Of a stretch of DNA of 64,000 nt, positions 30,862 through 40,011 are shown piece after piece. The stretch comes from Gammaproteobacteria bacterium Ga0074134 (GTDB lineage: Bacteria > Pseudomonadota > Gammaproteobacteria > Ga0077554 > Ga007554). The position numbers and the translations under genes are program-made. The DNA lies in contig LNEJ01000059.1 of the NCBI GenBank assembly GCA_001464965.1, positions 5 to 64,004 of the forward strand, given 5' to 3'. The notes beneath the pieces are model-generated. The model saw nothing but the letters and a program-made list of their open reading frames with translations, was not told where the DNA came from and made no database searches. How positions within the stretch are numbered: position 1 is the first letter of the stretch; every line of letters starts with the position of its first letter.

Positions 30862-31233
30862 CTATTTCACCAGGATGCAGCCCCAGACCACCAGTACATT
30901 GATCAGGGCAATCAATACCGAGGCACTGCCGATATCCTTGGCGCGCTTGGCAAGGCGGTGGTTTTCCAGTGAGATACGGTCAACGGCCGCCTCGACGGCG
31001 GAGTTGAGCAATTCCACGATGAGCACCAGCAATACGCTGGCAATCATGATGGCTCGTTCGGTGCCCGTCACCGGCAGGAACCAGGTTAAGGGTATCAGGC
31101 CTGCGGCAAGCAGCGCCTCCTGGCGGAAGGCGTCTTCACAAACATAAGCGGCTTTCAGTCCGGCGAGCGAGTAATGCAGTGCGTTCCACATCCGTCGCAG
31201 GCCGGTTTTACCCTTGTACGGGCTTTCTTGCAT
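30862..31233 (-). CDS. dgkA: Diacylglycerol kinase
   Basis: Motifs AFRQE, ELLNSAVEAAVD and AKDIGSA. Confidence 0.93.
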   Translation of the reverse strand: MQESPYKGKTGLRRMWNALHYSLAGLKAAYVCEDAFRQEALLAAGLIPLTWFLPVTGTERAIMIASVLLVLIVELLNSAVEAAVDRISLENHRLAKRAKDIGSASVLIALINVLVVWGCILVK

Positions 31234-31237
31234 CACA

Positions 31238-32398
31238 TCATCCTTGCTTGGCAGCAGCAATGACCCGTTGATATAGCCCGGCCATCCGGCCCGCCAGCGC
31301 GGTATCTGACCATTGAGCGGCATACTCGCGCGCCTCTTGCGACATTCGCATGCGTCGCGGCGGATCGCTCAACAGGCTTGTCATGGCATCGGCAAAGGCG
31401 TCAGGATCATCCTCGGGAACGCAGGCGCCGCGGGCCGGGGACAGGATGTCGACGGTGCCCATAACGGCCAGAGCCACTACCGGCAACCCCATCGCCATGG
31501 CCTCAAGCAATACCAGTCCCTGGGTTTCAGTTCGTGAAGCGAAGACAAACACATCGGCGGCGGCGTAGCAGTCCAGAAGTTCGCGGGCACGGTCAAGATA
31601 TCCTACAAACATAACGTTATGCACCAACCCCTGTTCCTCGACCCTCTGTTTCAGCGAGTTCAGCGCCGGCCCTTCGCCAGCCACCAGCAGCAGAAAATCC
31701 GGCATCTCGCGTCTCGCCCGGGCGGCAACATCTATCAGAAAAGCGATATTCTTTTCATGAGCCACCCTTCCAACATACAGTGCCAGCGGGCGCTCGCTGG
31801 CAATGCCGTGATCAGCGCGAAACCGCTCGCGCTCACCGTGGCGAAAATTCGCCAAGGGTATACCCGTGGGCAATATCTCCATCGGTGTCGTTACCCCATA
31901 GTTTGCGAGACGGTCATGTATGGCGCGGGACGGCACGATTACCGAATCCAGCGCATTACACTGGGCGCGTGAAAAGCGCCGCGCCATGCCGCGCGTCCAT
32001 GAGGCGGGAAGAAAAGGTGCGTAGTACTGAAGGTAATCCTCGAACAAGGTATGGTAGGTGGCAATGACCGGTATCTTGAGGCGGCGCGCGACGGAATGGC
32101 CGGTGTAGTGGGCAACAAAGGGGGTTTGGATATGGATCAGGTCGCAACCTTGCTGGACGGCCTCAGCAACCGATGCTTGCATCAGGCGCCAGTTGACCAG
32201 CCTATCCTCCGGGTCGCGAGGCACGGTGCGTGATGGCACTCTGACAACCCAATCGCTATTGCAGGGAATGCCATAGTCAGGGGCGATCACCCTGACTTCG
32301 ACACCACAAGTGGCCAGTGCATAATGATAGGTCTGAATCGCGGTTGATACCCCGTTTATCCGGGGAAAATAGACATCAGACACCATCAATACACGCAT
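31238..32398 (-). CDS. GT4 glycosyltransferase, probable diacylglycerol glycosyltransferase (Agt-like)
   Basis: Motifs SDVYFPRINGV, YVGRVAHEKN and SRTETQGLVLLEAMA; adjacent to the plcP-like gene. Confidence 0.85.
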   Translation of the reverse strand: MRVLMVSDVYFPRINGVSTAIQTYHYALATCGVEVRVIAPDYGIPCNSDWVVRVPSRTVPRDPEDRLVNWRLMQASVAEAVQQGCDLIHIQTPFVAHYTGHSVARRLKIPVIATYHTLFEDYLQYYAPFLPASWTRGMARRFSRAQCNALDSVIVPSRAIHDRLANYGVTTPMEILPTGIPLANFRHGERERFRADHGIASERPLALYVGRVAHEKNIAFLIDVAARARREMPDFLLLVAGEGPALNSLKQRVEEQGLVHNVMFVGYLDRARELLDCYAAADVFVFASRTETQGLVLLEAMAMGLPVVALAVMGTVDILSPARGACVPEDDPDAFADAMTSLLSDPPRRMRMSQEAREYAAQWSDTALAGRMAGLYQRVIAAAKQG

Positions 32399-33168
32399 TC
32401 ATTTTCCTTCTGCAGTTCTTTCTTTCTATTGGATTGAGGCCCCCAGTGAACAAGTTCCAACCGGCCGTCAAAATGCTCAACAATGGCGGTACAGCTGTCG
32501 ACCCAGTCACCGCAATTAACATACACCAGGCCATCAACGTCACGAATCGAGGCGCTGTGGATATGGCCGCAAATAATGCCGTGCAGCCCTTTCTGGCGGG
32601 CATAGTGGATTGCCGCCTCCTCGAACTCGAAAATAAATTGCAGCGCTTTTTTTACGCGACCCTTGGCGTAACCCGCCAGCGACCAGTATCCGGGAATGCC
32701 AAGAAAACGCCGCCACCAGGAAATCCATGAATTGATACGGACCAGCTCGTTGTAGGCCATATCACCCAGCACAGCGACCCAGCGATGATGCTTTGTGACC
32801 TGATCGAATTCATCCCCGTGCATGAGAATAAATTGACGGCCATCAGCCAACTCATGCACGTATTCCGAAACCACCTCGATGTCGCCAAAAACGACACCAA
32901 CATATTCACGAAGTGCCTCATCGTGATTGCCGGGAATAAATCGCACGCACTCGCCATGGCGGCCACGGCGCAGGACTTTTTGGATAACGGTATTTTGTGC
33001 TCTGCTCCAGTGGATACTGCGATTCATGGCCCAGAAATCCAGAATATCGCCAATCAGAAACAGGTTTTCGGCGCTATGTTCACGCAAAAAATCAACCAAT
33101 TGCTCAGCCTGACATGAACGTGTACCCAAGTGGAGATCAGAAATGAAAATGGAGCGAACGCTTTGCAT
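32386..33168 (-). CDS. plcP: Metallophosphoesterase of the PlcP phospholipase C / LpxH-like group
   Basis: Motifs SDLHLG, GDILD, GNHD, HGD, CGHIH and NCGDWVDSCTA; linked to a GT4 gene and a Pho box. Confidence 0.75.
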   Translation of the reverse strand: MQSVRSIFISDLHLGTRSCQAEQLVDFLREHSAENLFLIGDILDFWAMNRSIHWSRAQNTVIQKVLRRGRHGECVRFIPGNHDEALREYVGVVFGDIEVVSEYVHELADGRQFILMHGDEFDQVTKHHRWVAVLGDMAYNELVRINSWISWWRRFLGIPGYWSLAGYAKGRVKKALQFIFEFEEAAIHYARQKGLHGIICGHIHSASIRDVDGLVYVNCGDWVDSCTAIVEHFDGRLELVHWGPQSNRKKELQKENECVY

Positions 33169-33174
33169 CCGAAC

Positions 33175-33208
33175 ATAGTAAAGATGTTTTGTTGCAGATA
33201 GATGAATG
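33175..33208 (-). promoter_or_regulatory. Putative Pho box and -10 element of the plcP operon
   Basis: Minus strand CATTCAT-CTAT-CTGCAAC, then 10 nt, TACTAT, 6 nt, ATG. Confidence 0.65.
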
Positions 33209-33351
33209 CTGGAAAATAAGGCAAATGAAATGGATTCTGAGAAGCGCCTCGATCAGCAGGCCGATCAGGCGCTTGGTTCAGGTTTGCATAGGTCAGCTCG
33301 CACAGGTGGCGGGCACATTGTCACCTTTAGTTAGCCCCCTTCCTGCATACA

Positions 33352-34437
33352 TTATCGGATTCTGAATATGCTCAACACCAGTGTCGTCATCCCCAGCAGC
33401 GCCATCATACCGTACTCGAAGGGGTGGTCGGTGATGCCGCCGCCTTTCAGAAAGAGATCGCGGATCACGACCAGATAATAGCGCAACGGATCGAGCCAGG
33501 TGAGGAGCTGCACTCCTTCCGGCATATTGTGGATCGGGAAGGCGAAGCCGGACAGGATCATCATGGGCATGACAAAGAAGGTGGCGGTCAGCATGGCCTG
33601 CTGCTGGGTGGCGGCGTAGCTGGATACCAGCAGGCCGAGCCCCTGGGTACTGGCGAGCAGAAGTAGGCTGGCCGCGATCAGGGCGATGAACTCGCCGTAA
33701 AATGGCACATCGAACCACAGCACGGCGATAGCCGCGATCAGTATCGCATCGAACAGGCCGACGCATGCCACGGGGATAATTTTGCCGATTAGAAATTCAA
33801 TGCGTCCCAGCGGTGTCACCATCAGCCGTTCCAGGGTGCCGCGCTCACGCTCGCGGACCACGGTCATGGCGGTGAGCATCATGGTGCTGATGAAAATCAC
33901 GTTGGCCATGATGCCCGGGATGAAGTACCAGCGGTCTTCGAGATTGGGGTTGAACCAGGACCGTTCTTCCACCGTCACCGGCGGCACGATTCCGGCCTGT
34001 GTCTGAGCGTGTTGGCTGATGATGCGGCTCATCTCGCCGGTGATCAGTTGCGCGCTGTTGGGGTCGGAACCGTCGGACAGCAGTTGTACTGTGCGCTTTG
34101 CGGTAAACTTTGACGGGATTTGCAGAATAACGCGCACTTCGTTGCGATCCATGGCCGCGCTGGCGTCGCGCATGGTGGGAAAATGATGCAGCGTGTAATG
34201 TCCGGTGGCGGTTATTGCGGATAGCAGCTCGCGCGCCTGCTGGCTGTCGTCGAAACTGACCACCGCGACGTCGGCGTGCCGCACATCGAAAGTGGCGGCA
34301 TAGCCGAATACCACAAGCTGGAGCAGTGGCGGAACGATCAGCGAAAAGCGCATGCGTGGGTCGCGGAATAACTGAAGGAACTCCTTGGTCAACAAGGCGC
34401 GCAGGCGTAGCAGGACGGCGGTCAGTGCGGAGATCAT
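33352..34437 (-). CDS. ABC-2 exporter permease (YbhR-like)
   Basis: Motifs KEFLQLFRD, WFNPNL and RERERGTLE. Confidence 0.9.
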   Translation of the reverse strand: MISALTAVLLRLRALLTKEFLQLFRDPRMRFSLIVPPLLQLVVFGYAATFDVRHADVAVVSFDDSQQARELLSAITATGHYTLHHFPTMRDASAAMDRNEVRVILQIPSKFTAKRTVQLLSDGSDPNSAQLITGEMSRIISQHAQTQAGIVPPVTVEERSWFNPNLEDRWYFIPGIMANVIFISTMMLTAMTVVRERERGTLERLMVTPLGRIEFLIGKIIPVACVGLFDAILIAAIAVLWFDVPFYGEFIALIAASLLLLASTQGLGLLVSSYAATQQQAMLTATFFVMPMMILSGFAFPIHNMPEGVQLLTWLDPLRYYLVVIRDLFLKGGGITDHPFEYGMMALLGMTTLVLSIFRIR

Positions 34438-35540
34438 GGCGGCAACTCCAGTTTCCGCGCCTGTCGTATGAGAAGAACGGCAAACACCGCCAATATCAAA
34501 AGCAGCGCCACCACCTCACCCCATAGTGCGAGGGGCGAGATGCCCTTGAGAAAGATCGCCTTGGAGAGAGTTACATAATGACGTGCCGGAACGATCAGCG
34601 TCACGTATTGCAGGATCACGGGCATATTGGCGATGGCATAGATAACGCCGGACAGCAGGAAGGCGGGCAGGAACGTGCTCACCTGGGCGAGCTGGGTGGC
34701 AAGCATCTGGTTGCCGGCAAAGACCGAGATCAGGGCGCCTTGCGTCATGACGACAAGCAGGAACAACGCGGAGACCAGCGCGAGTTCCAGCATCGAGCCG
34801 CGCAACGGTATATCGAAGATGAGCAGCGACGCGGCAATGGCGAGGAGAACGTCGGCCATGCCGATGAAGAAATAGGGGGTCAGCTTGCCGAGCAGGAATT
34901 CGTTGCGTGTTAGCGGCGTGGTGCGCAGCATCACCAGATTGCCTGACTCCATCTCGCGCGCGATGGTAAGCGAGGTCAGCAATGACCCCACCACGGACAT
35001 GACCATGACGATCACGCCGGGGACGATGGCGTAGCGGCTTTCATTGGCTTCATTGAACCAGGTGCGGGTTTCAACGACGATGGGCGCGCTGCGGCTCTTG
35101 AGCGACAGGGCATATTCGTTGACCAGCGACATTGCATAGTTGCGCATCAGGCGCGCGGTATTGGCATCCATGCCGTCGAGAATGAGCTGCACTCGCGCCT
35201 GCCCCTGGGCCAGCGCGCGCGCATAGCCGTGCGGAATCACCACGGCGGCCCACACCTCGTCATTCTGAATCGCGGCCCGCAGGGCATGACGATCTTCGAA
35301 ATGTCGCACCACCTGAAAGGCATGGCTGCCTTCGAAACGTGCGGCGAGTTCGTTGGAGGCGGTATCGTGCGATTCCTGCAGGATGCCAATCGGCGCCTCC
35401 ATAATGTCCAGGCGGATGGCATAGCCATAGAGGAACAGCATCATCGTCGGCAGAAAGAACATCAGCCCTAGGCTGCGCGGATCACGCAGCAAATGCCACC
35501 ATTCCTTGCGGGCCATGGCACGGACGTTTTGCAGTCTCAT
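34434..35540 (-). CDS. ABC-2 exporter permease (YbhS-like)
   Basis: Motifs KEWWHLLRDPRS, IAREMESG and PAFLLSG. Confidence 0.9.
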   Translation of the reverse strand: MRLQNVRAMARKEWWHLLRDPRSLGLMFFLPTMMLFLYGYAIRLDIMEAPIGILQESHDTASNELAARFEGSHAFQVVRHFEDRHALRAAIQNDEVWAAVVIPHGYARALAQGQARVQLILDGMDANTARLMRNYAMSLVNEYALSLKSRSAPIVVETRTWFNEANESRYAIVPGVIVMVMSVVGSLLTSLTIAREMESGNLVMLRTTPLTRNEFLLGKLTPYFFIGMADVLLAIAASLLIFDIPLRGSMLELALVSALFLLVVMTQGALISVFAGNQMLATQLAQVSTFLPAFLLSGVIYAIANMPVILQYVTLIVPARHYVTLSKAIFLKGISPLALWGEVVALLLILAVFAVLLIRQARKLELPP

Positions 35541-36490
35541 GCGGCCTCCCGTCCTTCCAGCACGGCGACAAACACGTCTTCGAGCTCCGGTGGTGCGGGC
35601 TTGATCGCGCCCACTATAACACCGTGGCGTTCCGCTTCGGTGCGGATTTTTTTGATAACCTGATCTGCCGAGGCGCCAGACTGCAATCTCAGACGCAGAC
35701 GTTCAGCATGCGGTATAACCTCGCGCACCTCGTCCCACTGCGCGAGCAGGCGCGCACAATCTGGACAGGCCGGAGTATAAACCTCGATGATCGGCGTGGG
35801 CAGTGGACGTGCGAGCAGCTCCTCCGGCGTTCCTTCGGTGACGATGCGGCCGGCATGCATCAGGGCAAGGCGGTCGCAGAACAGTGCCTCGTCCATGTAG
35901 TGGGTCGTCACCAGAACGCCGATACCGCCCTCGGCAAGTTCATAGACCAGCTCCCAGAGCTGCTGGCGGGCGAACGGATCTATCCCTGAGGTGGGTTCGT
36001 CGAGGAACAGCACGTCGGGCTCGTGCAGCAATGCGGCCGCTACCGACAGACGCCGCTGATAGCCGAGCGGCAAGCGTGCCGCCCGCGTGTCCTTGTCGCT
36101 GCTCAGGTTCAGTCGCTCAAGCGCCCAGTCCAGCCGTGTCTTGGCGCGCGTTCCGTGCAGGCCGTAGAGACCCGCCTGTAGCGTAAGATTTTCCATGATG
36201 GTGAGATCGCCATAAAGGGCGAAGCGCTGGGTGACATAGCCGATATGCGACCGTGCGCGGCGGGCATGGCGCACCATGTCGATGCTGCCCACGTGTACTT
36301 GGCCGCTGGTCGGTGGGAGTGTTCCGCAGAGCATGCGGATAGCGGTGGTCTTGCCGGCGCCATTGGCGCCGAGCAAGCCGAATACCTCGCCGCGGCGTAC
36401 CACGAGATCGATTTCCCTTACCGCCGCGAACCTGCCGAAGTAGCGTGTGAGTCCGCGAGCTTCGATGACCGGATCGTGTTGTTCAGTCAT
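35537..36490 (-). CDS. ABC transporter ATP-binding protein
   Basis: GANGAGKTT, LPLGYQRR and LDEPTSG; start MTEQ overlaps the upstream stop. Confidence 0.9.
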   Translation of the reverse strand: MTEQHDPVIEARGLTRYFGRFAAVREIDLVVRRGEVFGLLGANGAGKTTAIRMLCGTLPPTSGQVHVGSIDMVRHARRARSHIGYVTQRFALYGDLTIMENLTLQAGLYGLHGTRAKTRLDWALERLNLSSDKDTRAARLPLGYQRRLSVAAALLHEPDVLFLDEPTSGIDPFARQQLWELVYELAEGGIGVLVTTHYMDEALFCDRLALMHAGRIVTEGTPEELLARPLPTPIIEVYTPACPDCARLLAQWDEVREVIPHAERLRLRLQSGASADQVIKKIRTEAERHGVIVGAIKPAPPELEDVFVAVLEGREAA

Positions 36491-37419
36491 GTGCGGGGGC
36501 TCCCCGCAGCGGCCAGCGCCAGATCGCGCAGGGTGATATCCTGCAATGTCGGGGTGAGCGTTTCGAGGCGCAGACCGGGCGCTAATGCGGCGAGGCTGTC
36601 CTTGAATGCCTGCGGGGTTTGTCCTTTTACGAGCCATACCCGGAGTTGCCGGCCCACCGGGAATATCAGTTCCACCACGGGCAGATTTCGTAGTGCCTGG
36701 CGGTAAGCGCGAGCATCGGGGCCTGACACACCCACCAACAGGGTATCTTCACGGCTCATCAATTCACTTGGTGTACCCTGACGGATCATCCGCCCGCTTT
36801 CCAAAATGCCGACACGGTTGCAGCGTTCGGCTTCGTCCATATTGGCGGTGGCATACAGAATCGCTACACCTTCGGCCCGCACGCCATCGAGCAACTGCCA
36901 GAAGGCTCGCCGCGACACGGGGTCCACCCCCGTGGTGGGCTCATCGAGAAACATCGCCCGCGGCTTGCTGACCAGGGCGCAGGCCAGCGCTAATTTCTGC
37001 ATCATGCCACCCGAGAGCTGGCCTGCGCGGCGTCCTTCGAATCCCTTCAGGCCGGTACGGGCGAGCAGATCACGGATGAGAGAAGTTGACGTATCGCGGT
37101 CGAGGCCGTGCAGGTCGGCGAAGAATTCGAGATTTTCCTGCACCGAGAGATCCTGATATTGCCCAAACCCTTGCGGCATATAGGCGATCTGATCGCGTAA
37201 CGAGGGACTGGTCGGCGCCAATCCCAATACGCCGAGACGACCCGCAGCGGGGGGCAATTGGCCGATCATGAGACGCAACAACGTACTCTTGCCGGCGCCG
37301 TCGGCGCCAACGATGCCGAAGACCTCACCCGCCTTCACCTCAAGATCTATGCCGTCGAGCACTACTTTATTGCCGTAGGCGAAGCGCAATCCCTCGGCAT
37401 GGATAAGCGGCTCACTCAT
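36487..37419 (-). CDS. ABC transporter ATP-binding protein
   Basis: GADGAGKST, LSGGM and LDEPTTGVDP. Confidence 0.9.
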   Translation of the reverse strand: MSEPLIHAEGLRFAYGNKVVLDGIDLEVKAGEVFGIVGADGAGKSTLLRLMIGQLPPAAGRLGVLGLAPTSPSLRDQIAYMPQGFGQYQDLSVQENLEFFADLHGLDRDTSTSLIRDLLARTGLKGFEGRRAGQLSGGMMQKLALACALVSKPRAMFLDEPTTGVDPVSRRAFWQLLDGVRAEGVAILYATANMDEAERCNRVGILESGRMIRQGTPSELMSREDTLLVGVSGPDARAYRQALRNLPVVELIFPVGRQLRVWLVKGQTPQAFKDSLAALAPGLRLETLTPTLQDITLRDLALAAAGSPRT

Positions 37420-38491
37420 GGCCGGTGGTTTTGAGTTTCACATCGGCAGGCATGCCGATCTTGAGTTGCCCTTGAGCGTTGTCCACTTCCACCTTGACGC
37501 GATAGACGAGATCGACACGCAGCGCGCGGGTCTCCACCGTCTTGGGGGTGAACTCGGCGGCGGGCGAGATAAAGCTCAGCCGGCCTGAGAACACCTTGTC
37601 CGGCAGTCCATCGACGCGGACTTCGGCCGGCTGTCCTAGTTTGACGCGCGGCAGATCGGTCTCGCTTAGGTAGGCCCGTACCCAGGGCCGGTCGAGTTCG
37701 GCCACTCGAAATATGGGCTGCCCGGCCGCCACGACTTGGCCAGCCTCGGCTAGGCGCACGCTGATCACGCCAGTCACCTGGCTGACAAGCTTCACATAAC
37801 CCAACTGCTGCTCGGCGGTTTTCATCGTGGCTTGGGCGGCGGTCTGCTCGGCGGCCGCGCGTTCGATATCTTCTTTGCGGGGGCCTTCGCGCAGCAGTGA
37901 CAGCTGCTGCCTGGCGGTTTCCACTTTGGCTGCGGCGACCGCAGCCTGGGCCTTGACCGTGTCAAACTGCTCCTGGGTCGCAAAGTGCTTGGTGACCAGA
38001 TTACTGATGCGCGCGGCCTCCAAGTTGGCGAGATGCAGACTGGCTTCGGTTTCTGCCAGCGCCGCCTCGGCTGCACGGATGTCCTGCTTGCGCGATCCCG
38101 CTTTCAGTACCGCCAACGCCTTATGCGCCGAGGCCGCCTGGGCGTGGGCACGCTCAAGCGCCAGATCATAATCACGCGCATCGAGTTCGGCGACGACTTG
38201 CTGTGCCTGAACCTTCTGGCCCTCATCGGTATTGAGCTGCTTGATGCGTCCGCCCGCCTGGAACGACAAATCCACTTCGCGCGCGTCCACCGTGCCGGAG
38301 AGGGTGATGGTGGATGTGTCGGACTCGCTGTTCCAGGGCCAGTTGCACCCGCCAAGTGCAAAGGCGGCAGCCAGCGTGAAAACGCGCATGGCCTTTGCGG
38401 CTATCGTGTGAATCCGCCGCCGTCCAATCGCATTTGTCTGTTCGAGACGTGTCCAGCTCATTGTGTAGTGAAACAACGTTGAAGTGAGCAT
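37412..38491 (-). CDS. HlyD-family periplasmic adaptor (YbhG-like)
   Basis: Motif FISPAAEFTPKTVET and a coiled coil; AAGGAGG RBS. Confidence 0.9.
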   Translation of the reverse strand: MLTSTLFHYTMSWTRLEQTNAIGRRRIHTIAAKAMRVFTLAAAFALGGCNWPWNSESDTSTITLSGTVDAREVDLSFQAGGRIKQLNTDEGQKVQAQQVVAELDARDYDLALERAHAQAASAHKALAVLKAGSRKQDIRAAEAALAETEASLHLANLEAARISNLVTKHFATQEQFDTVKAQAAVAAAKVETARQQLSLLREGPRKEDIERAAAEQTAAQATMKTAEQQLGYVKLVSQVTGVISVRLAEAGQVVAAGQPIFRVAELDRPWVRAYLSETDLPRVKLGQPAEVRVDGLPDKVFSGRLSFISPAAEFTPKTVETRALRVDLVYRVKVEVDNAQGQLKIGMPADVKLKTTGHE

Positions 38492-38537
38492 GTGACGACC
38501 CCTCCTTGATCGTGGCTATTTTTATTCCTACTGTGTC

Positions 38538-38667
38538 ATAAGCTGCCGAGGTGCGCATCGCAGCGTTAGATTTCGGCTCGGAACGCAGTCGGGAAGCGGC
38601 AGGCTACGTGCAAACTCCGCGTCCTCACCGAAATCCGCTTTGTGTTGTATCCCCTGATCGGCTTATG
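38538..38667. repeat. Degenerate palindromic element of the same family as 58919-59083
   Basis: Imperfect ends CATAAGC/GCTTATG; internal stem GATTTCGG/CCGAAATC; shares GCGGAG and TAACGC cores on the minus strand. Confidence 0.6.
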
Positions 38668-38678
38668 GCCTGGCAGGA

Positions 38679-39458
38679 TTAGGCGACGCGTTTCAAAACC
38701 TTGCGCTGAAAATCATCTTGCGCGTCAAGAGATGCCACCATTTCCCCGCCAACATTAGATAATCGGGCCAAATCTCCTCGGGGAATCACGCTCTGGTCAG
38801 CGAAGATCAGCAGGCAATCAAACTCGGCTTTTTCTCGCAACAGGTGCTCCAAAATGATCGTGGCCAAGCGCGCCTTATCCCTGCCGGGAATGCCGAAAAC
38901 AAACAAGGGGGCATACTTTCCGTCAATACGGAAATCAATGGGATAATCTCTCGCATTGGGCATTGCCTCGTACACGTAATTTTCCGTGACTTTTTCGGTC
39001 GGCACGATGTGCAGGAGGGACTCCCGGAGATCCTCATAAAATGTGGATTCTGTCCTCAGCCGGTTCAGGAAGGTGAGATCATGAATTTTAGTCACCGCTT
39101 GTCCGAATCTGAAAAGAGCGATCCCGATGCTTTCCATTGACGTATCCGTGTAAAAGGCGCCATTTTCCTCTCTTATATCCATCTCGTTGAGAATTTGTTC
39201 AAAAATCTTGCCTCGCGTACCTTCACGGAACTTGTCAATATCGTTTTCATAGCTGAGGTGCATCATAGTGTGACCATAATCACTAATACGAAAACCACCA
39301 CTCGGCAATTGCCTGAGGTAGATCGAATAAGTATCGCCATCACTGAACGAGAAGGGGGTTTCAACAAAAATCAGATCGTCCCCCTTCTCGTAAAGACGTA
39401 CCTCGGCACAGAGTGCATTGCAGAGTAACTGTTTAATCTCTTCGGTGGGCATGGTCAT
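38679..39458 (-). CDS. DUF1828/DUF1829-like protein
   Basis: TPFSFSDGD...IYL...ISDYGHT N-terminus and YPIDFRI in the C-terminal half; ATGA overlap with the upstream gene. Confidence 0.75.
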   Translation of the reverse strand: MTMPTEEIKQLLCNALCAEVRLYEKGDDLIFVETPFSFSDGDTYSIYLRQLPSGGFRISDYGHTMMHLSYENDIDKFREGTRGKIFEQILNEMDIREENGAFYTDTSMESIGIALFRFGQAVTKIHDLTFLNRLRTESTFYEDLRESLLHIVPTEKVTENYVYEAMPNARDYPIDFRIDGKYAPLFVFGIPGRDKARLATIILEHLLREKAEFDCLLIFADQSVIPRGDLARLSNVGGEMVASLDAQDDFQRKVLKRVA

Positions 39459-39937
39459 TTGAATAAGTCCGGGTGATCTGGTTCTGTAATAATCCCTTTG
39501 ATTGCGCAATCGCTAACAAGGCAAGCCAATGCGCCTTTAACGCTGTTATAACGTCTTGACGCATCCTCCGCATACCCTTCGATCTTTTTTCCGGCGCGGA
39601 TGTATCGCTCTGTAGCTTTATGGATGTGGCATACAAATCCAAGCTTTTGTTTCTCAATATGGTTTGGATGAGAATGGCTGCTGCCGTTATATCGTGCCAG
39701 TGTTATGGTTTCGCCGCTCGGTGCAAGCCAGCTCAATCCGCAAGAGAAATCATCTTCCAGGTTGCGGTTTTGTCGTACATATAGAACAAAATGATGGGTG
39801 CTATCCACGCTTTCAACGGTAAAGTTTCGTTCGTTATGCCCCGGCTTTTCGCGCCACTTGCTATTAGGGTTAGTAACCCGTTTCGGCATTAATAGCAGTT
39901 CCCCGATTTTTTCGTCAGTCAAACTCTCGGCGCTCAT
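39455..39937 (-). CDS. Hypothetical protein with RYNG-x2-HxH...HIH motif (possibly DUF6978-like)
   Basis: Motifs LARYNGSSHSHPN and CHIHKATE; coupled to the DUF1828-like gene; AT-richer than its flanks. Confidence 0.7.
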   Translation of the reverse strand: MSAESLTDEKIGELLLMPKRVTNPNSKWREKPGHNERNFTVESVDSTHHFVLYVRQNRNLEDDFSCGLSWLAPSGETITLARYNGSSHSHPNHIEKQKLGFVCHIHKATERYIRAGKKIEGYAEDASRRYNSVKGALACLVSDCAIKGIITEPDHPDLFK

Positions 39938-40011
39938 TGGTCTACTCTCGTCATCTGCAAGCTGGCGCAAACATTCCATTGAGCGCCCCGAATAGTCTCT
40001 TAACGTGACCG

